DNA from: an uncultured delta proteobacterium
Lineage (GTDB): Bacteria; Desulfobacterota; RBG-13-43-22
Length of the DNA stretch: 64,000 nt
Assembly: GCA_963802945.1 (NCBI GenBank)
Contig: CAWDKY010000014.1
Span: 96,001-160,000, forward strand
Direction: 5' to 3'
The notes under the pieces were generated by a model. It had not been told where the DNA came from and did not search any database. It saw nothing but the letters and a program-made list of their open reading frames with translations. Both the position numbers and the translations under genes were made by a program. Positions 39,672 to 48,946 of the stretch are shown piece by piece; position 1 is the stretch's first letter; each line of letters begins with the position of its first letter.

Positions 39672-41912
39672 GTGGTTATTGCACAAGCCCCTGAGGGCAC
39701 CCAAAACGAGGCAAGCCTTAAGGAGGATGGGAAGCCGATACGGATCGGCCGATTCATTGACGGTCCGTTGATCGGTGTTGATTACCATACTCTTTCGATG
39801 ACAGGGGTGACCGACAAGAAAGGCGCCTTCCGCTTCCGTGACGGCGAGAAAGTCACCCTACATATCGGAAAGCTCCAATTGGGTACTACCGCAGCCGCAG
39901 TGTCTATTTCTCCTGTTGATCTTGTCCCCGATTCTAATAAAAGTCAATCATCCTTAATGGATCATCGTGTCATCAATCGTGCGCGGTTTCTACATAGCCT
40001 CGCTTCAAAGACCGATCTTTCCAAAGGCATTATCATTACTGAGACGATACACCAGGTTATCAACCGGGTGGCCGCCCACATCAATTTCGACCAGGAAGAG
40101 GCGGCCTTTACAGCCGATCCATCGGTGCGTTACCTCTTTGAAGAGCTTGGGTTGCGTCTGCACAGTGTCGAGGAAGCTCGAAACCATCTTCGGCGCAGCC
40201 TGGCCGGGATCAAGAAGATCGTTGATGTCAAAATTCCAACCCGCGACGGATCGTACTTGTCGGCTGATGTATATCGTCCTCTGGATGAAGGGCATTATCC
40301 TGTTATTCTGCGGCTGAGTGTTTACGGCAAGGCCTTCGGAAACGGTTCCATCTGTTCAGAGGAAGACTACTTTCGAAGTGAAAAAAGGGAGGATGCCTGG
40401 TTCCAGGAGCGTCGTAAGGGCCTCCCCCCGTCTTTACGATATGCGGAAAATATCGTCAGCGCCAATACCATGGACTGGGTGCCGCGTGGGTATGTAGTGA
40501 TGCGGGTTGACTGCCGGGGAGTCGGACGCACACCCGGTGTGCTTAATCCCTTTTCGCGGCAGGAAGCGGAGGACTATTTCGATGTCATCGAATGGGCCGC
40601 AGCCCAGCCCTGGAGTAACGGGAACGTGGGGCTGCATGGGGCCTCTTATGCAGCAACTATCCAATGGAACGTGGCCGCCCTAAAGCCGCCGTCCCTGCGG
40701 GCCATGATTCCCTGGACCGGTGACGCTGACTCCTACCGCGATCTCTCTTATCCCGGCGGCATCTTTAACGAAGGATATCGCCGTCAATGGTGGAACAACC
40801 TGCTGGGAAACTCATGCGGGGCCGAGACCGTTGATCTGATCGATAACATGCTGGCCCATCCTTTTGATGATCCCGAGTTCTATGGACCGAAGGGTAAGGG
40901 CCCGTTAAGTGCTGATTTCAAGCACATCACCCTTCCATTTTTGACAGCTATCAGCCAGACCGGAGTCTTACATGCCAGGGCCGGGTTTGAGGCCTTTACC
41001 CAATCACCTTCTTTAGACAAACGACTTGTCGTGGTTGACGCCAATTACTTCAAGTTTCTCTATCAAGATTGTCTGACGGACCAGTTCGCTTTTTTTGATC
41101 GTTGGCTTAAAGGCATTGATGATCCAACGACTGCTTTGCCGTCGGTTAGAATGATCATGAGAAACGGATGGGGTAATTTTGAATGGCGTGATGAAGAGTC
41201 CTGGCCAGTTCCCGGCACTATGTACCGAAGTTTATTTCTTGATGCTGGGACAAAAGGCCCCATAGGCGGTGTCGATCCAGCGAGGCCTTCTTTGAAACTC
41301 GTCGAGTCACCTCTGGCGACCGAGGCCCTGGTCTCTTACTCGGCGGATGTCGAGGATATTGAAAGGGGTGTCCGATCAGGTATTTCCTTCATTTCGGATA
41401 TGCTTAGCGAAGACCTCGAACTGGCCGGTCACTTCACGGCCACCCTTTGGATTTCTTCCAGTTCGTTTGATATGGACGTCTATATGTCCCTGCGGGTAAT
41501 CGGACCTGACGGGATTGAAGTACCCTATGCCGTTTATGCGCGTCAATCCAAGGCCCCGGTGACCTGGGGATGTCTGAAGGTCTCCCAAAGGAAGATCGAT
41601 CCGGTCCTTTCCACAGATCATCGTCCCTGGCATACACACCGTTTAATCGATCGGGCGCCCCTCAAGTCCTCGGATGAGATCGTCCGTATTGAGGTGGAGC
41701 TGATGCCGGCCACTTCCAGAATTCCGGCAGGCCATCGGCTCCGCGTCGATGTGCAGCCAGTGGAAGGTGAGGGAGGATTCCTCGATGCCCAGGGCCATCC
41801 GGCCCGCCGGGCTTATGATCCGAGTTATCACAATGGAGCAGAGAACAGAATCCATACCGGCAACAAATTCCCAAGCTCTATCCGGATTCCCGTGGTATCA
41901 AGGCATAGCTGA
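39672..41912 (+). CDS. CocE/NonD (peptidase S15) family hydrolase with extra N-terminal domain
   Basis: IPTRDG, RGVGRTPG, WSNGNVGLHGASY, C-terminal PepX-like jelly-roll (GCLKVSQR, GHRLRVDV). Confidence 0.88.
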   Translation: MVIAQAPEGTQNEASLKEDGKPIRIGRFIDGPLIGVDYHTLSMTGVTDKKGAFRFRDGEKVTLHIGKLQLGTTAAAVSISPVDLVPDSNKSQSSLMDHRVINRARFLHSLASKTDLSKGIIITETIHQVINRVAAHINFDQEEAAFTADPSVRYLFEELGLRLHSVEEARNHLRRSLAGIKKIVDVKIPTRDGSYLSADVYRPLDEGHYPVILRLSVYGKAFGNGSICSEEDYFRSEKREDAWFQERRKGLPPSLRYAENIVSANTMDWVPRGYVVMRVDCRGVGRTPGVLNPFSRQEAEDYFDVIEWAAAQPWSNGNVGLHGASYAATIQWNVAALKPPSLRAMIPWTGDADSYRDLSYPGGIFNEGYRRQWWNNLLGNSCGAETVDLIDNMLAHPFDDPEFYGPKGKGPLSADFKHITLPFLTAISQTGVLHARAGFEAFTQSPSLDKRLVVVDANYFKFLYQDCLTDQFAFFDRWLKGIDDPTTALPSVRMIMRNGWGNFEWRDEESWPVPGTMYRSLFLDAGTKGPIGGVDPARPSLKLVESPLATEALVSYSADVEDIERGVRSGISFISDMLSEDLELAGHFTATLWISSSSFDMDVYMSLRVIGPDGIEVPYAVYARQSKAPVTWGCLKVSQRKIDPVLSTDHRPWHTHRLIDRAPLKSSDEIVRIEVELMPATSRIPAGHRLRVDVQPVEGEGGFLDAQGHPARRAYDPSYHNGAENRIHTGNKFPSSIRIPVVSRHS

Positions 41913-42015
41913 TTCATGTTGCTAGGCCCTTAGGGGATGTTTCGTGAATAAACCGAATGTTTTTTTGAACGAAGATTAATGATTAATGATCAAACTCAGG
42001 GGGAAAAAAGATAAG

Positions 42016-42979
42016 ATGAAAGCAGCCGTTTATTATGAGACCGGTGGCCCCAATGTCTTTAAATATGAAGAAGTCCCGGATCCGATATGCGGGCCCCGGG
42101 ATGTTGTCGTTGATATTAAAGCCATTTCCATCGAAGGCGGTGATGTGCTCAATCGGGCTGGAGGACTTGTGCCCGATGTTCCCCATATTGTGGGTTATGA
42201 CGCCGCAGGTATTATCAGTCAAGTGGGGGCCAAGGTGACCAATCGCCAAATAGGACAGAGGGTGACAACGTTGAATCCCTTCGGCTCCCATGCGGAAAAA
42301 AGAGCAGCGGCGGCTATCACCTCCTGGATCATCCCCGACAAGGTGTCCTTTGAAGAAGCGGCTTGTGTGCCGGTGACTTTCGGAACGGCCCATGATTGCC
42401 TGTTTGAATTCGGCCGTTTGAAGGCTGGAGAGACGGTTTTAATCCAGGCCGGAGCCAGCGGTGTAGGGTTAGCGGCTATCCAGTTGGCCAAGAGGGCTGG
42501 TGCGAAGGTGTTGGCCACTGCTTCCAGCGATCAACGGTTGGAGCGGTTGAAGGAATACGGCCTGGATGAAGGAATCAATTACGCTGAAAAGGATCTGGTG
42601 TCCGAAGTCAGACGATTGACCGACAATCAGGGCGTGGATTTGGTAGTCGATGGGGTTGGAGGAAAAGTCCTCCAGAAAAGCATCGAGGCTGCCCGTGCTC
42701 GCGGTCGTATCATCACCTTCGGCCAGGCCGGGCGCGGCTCTTGGAAAATAGATGTCAGCGGCCTGCCGTTAGGCAATAAAACGCTGACCGGGGTCTATCT
42801 GGGGGCCGAGATCGCCACCGACGCGGGCGCAAAAAATGATCAACCAAATATTAGAGAATATCGCCGCCGGTGCCATTAAAGTGCCTATCGATCGGACATT
42901 CCCCCTATCTCAGGCGGCTGAAGCCCATGCCTACATCGAGAGTCGGCAGGCTGTTGGACGGGTGCTTTTGATTCCTTAA
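42016..42979 (+). CDS. NADPH:quinone oxidoreductase (MDR family); frameshift at ~42823
   Basis: VGYDAAG, AGASGVGLAAIQLAK; the +1 frame supplies IDRTFPLSQAAEAHAYIESRQAVGRVLLIP*. Confidence 0.88.
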
Positions 42980-43019
42980 AGGGCTTTAGCTCTTAATTTG
43001 ACGGATAAAGGACCGAAGG

Positions 43020-43190
43020 TAGGTCAAAGACTACTTTGATCTCATGGGTGTTCCTATGGATGAAGCGGATTTTCTGGAGCACCCCGGCTGCTGCGATTGG
43101 TACGACACCGATGTTTCCCAGGACATCCTGCACTACCAGAATACCTCCTATCCGGATCATCTGGACCGGCTCCGAAAAGAAGTGGAACAA
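43020..43190 (+). pseudogene. Gene remnant, possibly the C-terminus of an NAD-dependent epimerase-like protein
   Basis: Open stretch KDYFDLMGVP...DWYDTDVSQDILHYQNTSYPDHLDRL without a convincing start. Confidence 0.35.
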
Positions 43191-43325
43191 ATGATGGAGG
43201 AGTGATCCTGGGTCGAGAAAAGGCCGCCGATTTCAAAAAATCCTGTTCAAAAAAATCCTTGACATACATGAGTAACTTATATAACAGTTCCTTTTAAAAG
43301 GAAAAATCTGAATTTAGATATTTAA

Positions 43326-43404
43326 GGCAAGAGTATAAAGAGAAAGCCGTGGTAGACAATGAGCACTCAATTGAAGTGGTTTTTTCTATCAGGGCTTTTT
43401 TGTT
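43326..43404 (+). promoter_or_regulatory. Second copy of the glpA leader terminator (putative GlpP target)
   Basis: GGCAAGAGTATAAAGAGAAAGCCGTGGTAGA...TCTATCAGGGCTTTTTTGTT versus the 3324 copy; TTGACA at 43259 upstream. Confidence 0.72.
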
Positions 43405-43671
43405 TTTTGAGGGATAAAGTGAGTGCAAACATTGTAAAAGCTAAAAGCTTAAAAGCCTAAAAACGGATTTGATTACTTAAGGCGCACAAGCAGGTAATGG
43501 TTTGAAAATAATAACGAAAGGAGGTTAGAGAAAAGAACGAAAAGGTATAGGCCTTGTCCCGATGAGATATCTTTTGAAGGCTGCTTTTTTTATTGTTGTC
43601 TGGGTGTTATGAAAACAGGTCATTGAGTCTTTGGGTGAATAACAACCTTTTCCTTTAAAAGGAGGTTTTTT

Positions 43672-45468
43672 ATGAGTTCAAATTCCAAAAAACTGTTTAA
43701 TTGGCCTATGGTGATTGCCCTGATACTCATTTTGGGAGGGGGGGTTTTTGCCTATCTGGTCCAGACAGGTGGTGGCGACATCGCCATCCGAGATGTCCGA
43801 TTTATGGGGGCTAACAATACCATGATGAGTGCATTACTCTATATACCCAAGGGAGTAGATGCCAAACATAAAGCCCCGGGTATTTTAGCCATCCACGGGT
43901 ATATTAATTCCCGTGAGACGCAGGACGGCTTTGCTATTGAATTTGCTCGTCGAGGATATGTTGTCCTGGCCCTGGATCAGACAGGCCATGGATATTCCGA
44001 TCCCCCGGCCTTGTCCAATGGTTTTGGTGGCCCAGATGGGCTGAAATATTTGCGGTCACTGGATATGGTTGACCTTGACAACATAGGGCTGGAAGGACAC
44101 TCCATGGGGGGTTGGGCCATCGGTATTGCTATGGGCCTGATGAAGGATGGTTACAAGTCTTGTGTTTTGGCCAGCACCTCTACCGGAACTTATGGCGCTC
44201 CGGATGGTACTCCGACTTTTCCGCGAAACATGGGCCTCATCTACGCCAAGTATGACGAGTTTTCACAGTTAATGTGGAATTCTCCGATTCCCAGGGATGC
44301 TGTTAAAGGCGACAAGATGAAAAAGGTTTTCGGTACCACGGAAGATGTGGTGGTTGGAAAGCTTTATGGCTCCATTGAAGATGGCACCGCCCGGAAGCTG
44401 TATCAACCTTCCACGACCCACGCCCGAGTCCATCTCTCCAGAGTGGGCATCGGTGATGCCGTTGAATGGTTCCAGATGACTTTGAAAGGGGGGAAAAACC
44501 TGCCCCCATCGAACCAGACCTGGTACTGGAAAGAGTTTTTTAACTTAGTGGCCTTGGTCGGGATGGTCATCCTGCTTGTAGCCTTGGGAGGATACCTGCT
44601 CAAGACCGATTATTTTAAAGAGCTCCAAGAGGAACCTGCTCCCCAAAAATCCCTATCCGGAGGAGGATGGTGGGGCAATGCGGTGATCATGGTATTCCTG
44701 CCGCTCGTAATGTATTTGTGGGCCTGGATATATCATTGGAACAGCAAAGGGTTAGCCAAACCCACCTTCATATGGCCGGAGCAAATTACAACGGTCATTA
44801 TGTTTTGGGCTTTTGGCGTGGCCATCATTTCGCTGATTCTCTTCTTGGTGTGGTATTTCCTGACCAAAGAGAAATCGGGAGCCACCTTGGTTAATTTTGG
44901 TTTGACCTGGAAGGATGCAGGACTGCAATGGGGGAAAATCGGTAGGTCGTTTCTGCTGTCCTTCATTGTGATCTTCGTTGCCCATCTGACATTGGCTATC
45001 TCGACCTGGTGGTTTCAGACGGACTACCGTTTTTGGGTCTTTGCCATAAAGCCGCTGGATGCTCTTCATTTCGGCATCACTCTGGGTTATATCATCCCCT
45101 TTCTCTTCTATTTTATTATACTGGGGATTGTATTGCACGGGCAGATGCGACTGGGAAAACCTGATGCACCCCTGGGCATGGGAAAAGAGACGATTATCAA
45201 TATACTCCTACTGATCGTCGGATATTTCATTTTTCTGGCTTACCATTATATCCCGCTTTTTGCCGGTGGGACACTGGGATTTACAGACCGTTCCGCAGCG
45301 TTATTTGGTATCGTCATGTTCCAGTATATTCCTATATTCGCTATCGTAGGGTGGGTCTCAACCTATTTCTATCGAAAAACAGGTCACATCTATGTGGGCG
45401 CCTTTTTGTGCGCCATGCTGATTACCTGGATCATCGTATCAGGCCAGGCGATTCATTTTAAGTACTGA
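43672..45468 (+). CDS. Membrane-bound alpha/beta hydrolase (N-terminal TM, catalytic domain, multi-TM C-terminus), paralog 1
   Basis: HGYINS, DQTGHGYS, GHSMGG, D-E-F and TH; about 8 C-terminal TM helices. Confidence 0.85.
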   Translation: MSSNSKKLFNWPMVIALILILGGGVFAYLVQTGGGDIAIRDVRFMGANNTMMSALLYIPKGVDAKHKAPGILAIHGYINSRETQDGFAIEFARRGYVVLALDQTGHGYSDPPALSNGFGGPDGLKYLRSLDMVDLDNIGLEGHSMGGWAIGIAMGLMKDGYKSCVLASTSTGTYGAPDGTPTFPRNMGLIYAKYDEFSQLMWNSPIPRDAVKGDKMKKVFGTTEDVVVGKLYGSIEDGTARKLYQPSTTHARVHLSRVGIGDAVEWFQMTLKGGKNLPPSNQTWYWKEFFNLVALVGMVILLVALGGYLLKTDYFKELQEEPAPQKSLSGGGWWGNAVIMVFLPLVMYLWAWIYHWNSKGLAKPTFIWPEQITTVIMFWAFGVAIISLILFLVWYFLTKEKSGATLVNFGLTWKDAGLQWGKIGRSFLLSFIVIFVAHLTLAISTWWFQTDYRFWVFAIKPLDALHFGITLGYIIPFLFYFIILGIVLHGQMRLGKPDAPLGMGKETIINILLLIVGYFIFLAYHYIPLFAGGTLGFTDRSAALFGIVMFQYIPIFAIVGWVSTYFYRKTGHIYVGAFLCAMLITWIIVSGQAIHFKY

Positions 45469-45477
45469 GTAAGTCTT

Positions 45478-45558
45478 CAGGGTCAGCCCTTGACGTGTAA
45501 GGCGTTTAGTCGGTTTTGTAAGGTATATGAGAAATAAAAAAGTCAAGGGCTGACCCTG
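45478..45558. repeat. 17-bp inverted-repeat REP-like element
   Basis: CAGGGTCAGCCCTTGAC ... GTCAAGGGCTGACCCTG. Confidence 0.8.
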
Positions 45559-45629
45559 ATCCTTCCTTTTACAATTGATTGATTTTAAATCCATTAACAG
45601 GTAAAATATTTATGGTTAAATAGCTTAGC

Positions 45630-45713
45630 TTTCTTGTTGGCAACTCACACCCTTAGGAGTTCCAATGAAAGAACATTAAACCCCATTTCTTTATAAAGAA
45701 GTGGGGTTTCCTT
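45630..45713 (+). ncRNA. Unrecognised structured leader or sRNA motif, copy 2
   Basis: TTTCTTGTTGGCAACTC...GAGTTCCAATGAAAGAA...ACCCCATTTCTTTATAAAGAAGTGGGGTTT; TTGATT-N17-TAAAAT promoter upstream. Confidence 0.6.
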
Positions 45714-45994
45714 ATTCAGCAATATTGGAAAAATAGTCAAGTCGGGTCCAACGAGAATTGGAGATTTCTATAACTGAGATCTCTCGACAGGTAGAGGTTG
45801 GAACAACCGGGGTGGCCATGGCGACTAAAATGGTGGGGCGGAAAACTTAAGTGAATGAAGTGGACAACGTCCCCTTCTGCGTCTGCGTGGTCTTTTCTGT
45901 CAGGGCTTTTTTTATTGGAAAAACAAAATTGGATCTGAGGGGAAAGGAGTATAACACTCATTTACTGATAACCATTAAATATTAAGGAGGTCTT

Positions 45995-47788
45995 ATGAAA
46001 GAGACAATTGACAAGAAGCCATTAACCCTTTTAGTATTTGCCTTAATATTAATCCTGGTAGGAGGCCTTTTGGCCTACTGCATCCAAACCAGCGGAGGTG
46101 TTTCAATTAAAGATGTACGGTTTGTGGGTAGTGAAGGAAAATTGGTCAGCGCCCTCCTTTACGTTCCGAACGGAGTAACTCCACAAAAGCCGGCACCGGC
46201 CATCGTCGCTACACATGGTTATATCAACTCCCGAGAAACCCAAGACGGGTTTGCCATTGAATTTGCCAGACGCGGTTTTGTCGTTCTGGCCCCTGATCAA
46301 CCCGGACATGGTTTTTCCGATCCACCGTGCTATGTCAACGGTTTTGGTGGCCTGGACACCCTGAAATATTTGCGAACGTTGGACATCGTTGATCCCAACA
46401 ATATCGGTCTGGAAGGTCATTCCATGGGAGGCTGGGCATCGGTGATTGCCGCCGGAGCAAACAAAGATGGGTATAAATCTTTGGTCCTGGCAGATTCTTC
46501 AACCGGAACATTGGGGGCCCCAAATGGAACTGCGGATTTTCCGCGCAACATGGCTCTCATCTTCGCCAAATATGATGAGTTTGCCCCTTTCATGTGGGGT
46601 TCGCTAATTCCGGCGGATATCGTAAAAACAGACAAACTTAAGAAAGCTTTTGGAACTACAGAAACCGTAGAAGTCGGTAAACTGTATGGTTCCATCGAGA
46701 AGGGCACAGCCAGAAAGCTTTATCAGCCGAACATGACCCATGCCCGCGTGCATTTCTCCATAGCGGGCATTGGGGATGCCGTTGAATGGATGCAGGCCAC
46801 CTTGAAAGGCGGCAAGAACATACCCCCGTCCAATCAGATTTGGTACTGGAAAGAGCTCGGCAACTTGATCGCCTTGATCGGAATGGTCATTCTCCTCATG
46901 GCCCTGGGGGGATATTTGCTTAAAACCGATTACTTTAAAGAGCTCCAAGAGGAACCCGCCCCGAAAAAATCCATGTCCGGAGTAGGATGGTGGATCGGTG
47001 CGGCGATCATGGTGCTTCTGCCGATTTTTCTCTATTGGTGGGCCTGGTGGCAGCATTACGACAGCAATGGGATAGCCAAAGCCTCTTTTATATGGCCGGA
47101 GCAGCTTACCAACGTCATTATGTTCTGGGCCCTTGGTGTGGCTGTGGTTTCGCTGGTGCTTTTCCTTATATGGTATTTCTCGACCAAAAAGAAATCGAAG
47201 GCCACTATGGCCGATTATGGTCTGACTTGGAAGGATAAAGGTCTGAAATGGGGGAAGATCGGCAAGTCCTTCCTGCTGGCTTTCGTTATTGTCTTTATTG
47301 CCCATCTCACCTTAATTATCTCAACCTGGTTGTTTCAAACGGACTACCGTATTTGGGTCTTTGCCGTAAAGCCGCTGGATGCTCTTCATTTCGGCATCTC
47401 TCTGGGTTATGTCATCCCCTTTCTTTTCTATTTTCTCGTTTTGGGGATTGTCTTGCACGGGCAGATGCGCCCGGGTAAACCTGATGCGGTCATAGGAATT
47501 GGAAAAGAAACCATCATCAATATCATCCTGCTGATTCTCGGTTATTTTATTTTTCTGGCCTACCACTATATTCCGCTTTTTGCCGGTGGGACGCTGGGAA
47601 TAAAATTGGGATCCATGATGTTGGGTGGTATCGTTATGTTCCAGTATATTCCCATATTTGCCATCGTCGGCTTGGTTACAACCTATTTCTATCGAAAAAC
47701 AGGTCATATCTATGTGGGCGCCTTTTTGTGCGCCATGCTGATTACCTGGATCATCGTAGCTGGCCAGGCGGTTCATTTTTTCTACTAA
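45995..47788 (+). CDS. Membrane-bound alpha/beta hydrolase, paralog 2
   Basis: Same architecture and long identical blocks with 43672-45468 (GHSMGG; YFYRKTGHIYVGAFLCAML). Confidence 0.85.
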   Translation: MKETIDKKPLTLLVFALILILVGGLLAYCIQTSGGVSIKDVRFVGSEGKLVSALLYVPNGVTPQKPAPAIVATHGYINSRETQDGFAIEFARRGFVVLAPDQPGHGFSDPPCYVNGFGGLDTLKYLRTLDIVDPNNIGLEGHSMGGWASVIAAGANKDGYKSLVLADSSTGTLGAPNGTADFPRNMALIFAKYDEFAPFMWGSLIPADIVKTDKLKKAFGTTETVEVGKLYGSIEKGTARKLYQPNMTHARVHFSIAGIGDAVEWMQATLKGGKNIPPSNQIWYWKELGNLIALIGMVILLMALGGYLLKTDYFKELQEEPAPKKSMSGVGWWIGAAIMVLLPIFLYWWAWWQHYDSNGIAKASFIWPEQLTNVIMFWALGVAVVSLVLFLIWYFSTKKKSKATMADYGLTWKDKGLKWGKIGKSFLLAFVIVFIAHLTLIISTWLFQTDYRIWVFAVKPLDALHFGISLGYVIPFLFYFLVLGIVLHGQMRPGKPDAVIGIGKETIINIILLILGYFIFLAYHYIPLFAGGTLGIKLGSMMLGGIVMFQYIPIFAIVGLVTTYFYRKTGHIYVGAFLCAMLITWIIVAGQAVHFFY

Positions 47789-47799
47789 GTAAGCCTTCT

Positions 47800-47871
47800 G
47801 GGTCAGTCCTTGACGTGTAATGCCCTTGCCCGATGTTGCAAGGTGTGAAAAAAAAAGTCAAGGGCTGACCC
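47800..47871. repeat. Inverted-repeat REP-like element, duplicated with the hydrolase
   Basis: GGGTCAGTCCTTGAC ... GTCAAGGGCTGACCC. Confidence 0.78.
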
Positions 47872-47933
47872 TTATACCTCCCTGGTATTTTGTTTCAGAA
47901 GATAACATCCGTTACCCTAAAGGAGAATCAAAG

Positions 47934-48923
47934 ATGACCAGAGAATTCACTCCTGAATCCATCTATGGCCTGGCGCGAAGTTTTATGGAATGCCGCCTGC
48001 TGTTAACGGGTGTAGAGCTAAACCTCTTCAGCCTGGTTGCTTCAGCTCTCTTAACAGCGGAAGGGATTGCGGGTGAAATAAAAGGCGATCTCAGGGCTAC
48101 AACCATCCTGCTGGATGCCCTCAGTGCTTTGGGATTCCTGGAAAAGCATGATAATCATTACCGGACCGTTCCCTCCCTTATCCTTCTATTATCTGAATCC
48201 GATCCCCAATCCATTCTGCCGGGCCTTATGCATACGGCTCACCTCTGGCAGACATGGTCCAAGCTTACGGATGTCGTGCTTAGGGGCGGACCGACCAAGA
48301 GAAATGGGTCCGGCTTTACCGATGATCGTCTGTCAGCCTTTATCGGGGCTATGCACGTAGGCGCGGCCGGAGCTGCCGACGGTATCGTGGCGGCGATTTC
48401 ACCCGGCCCGGCAAAAGCCATCATTGATATCGGAGGTGGTTCCGGCACGTACACCATTGCTTTCCTCAAGGCCTCCCCAAAAATGAAAGCTACACTTTTT
48501 GATCTGCCGCCGGTTATTGAAATGGCCCGAAAACGGATTACGCAGGCGGGTATGCAGGATCGTGTTACTTTGGTCCCTGGTGATTTCTACAAAGATGCCC
48601 TCCCATCAGGTCATGATCTAGCCCTATTGTCGGCGATTATTCATCAAAACAGTCCTGAGCAAAATCGCGCCTTATATCAAAATATTTTTCAGGCCCTGGA
48701 TTCCGGGGGCCGCATTATCATACGGGATCATGTAATGGAACCGGATCGCACCAGGCCTGTTTCCGGGGCGATTTTTGCGGTCAACATGCTGGTCAACACT
48801 CCCGGAGGAGGGACCTATACCTTTGAGGAGATCAGAGAGGGCTTGACCAAGGCCAAGTTTGATCGAGTGAAACAACTACAAACACAAGGGATGTTTTCCC
48901 TGGTCGAGGCCTTTAAGCCTTAA
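47934..48923 (+). CDS. SAM-dependent O-methyltransferase with dimerisation domain
   Basis: IDIGGGSG, FDLPPV, GDFY, SAIIH; AGGAG upstream of ATG 47934. Confidence 0.88.
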   Translation: MTREFTPESIYGLARSFMECRLLLTGVELNLFSLVASALLTAEGIAGEIKGDLRATTILLDALSALGFLEKHDNHYRTVPSLILLLSESDPQSILPGLMHTAHLWQTWSKLTDVVLRGGPTKRNGSGFTDDRLSAFIGAMHVGAAGAADGIVAAISPGPAKAIIDIGGGSGTYTIAFLKASPKMKATLFDLPPVIEMARKRITQAGMQDRVTLVPGDFYKDALPSGHDLALLSAIIHQNSPEQNRALYQNIFQALDSGGRIIIRDHVMEPDRTRPVSGAIFAVNMLVNTPGGGTYTFEEIREGLTKAKFDRVKQLQTQGMFSLVEAFKP

Positions 48924-48946
48924 AAGCGGAAAAGATATTGGAAATG

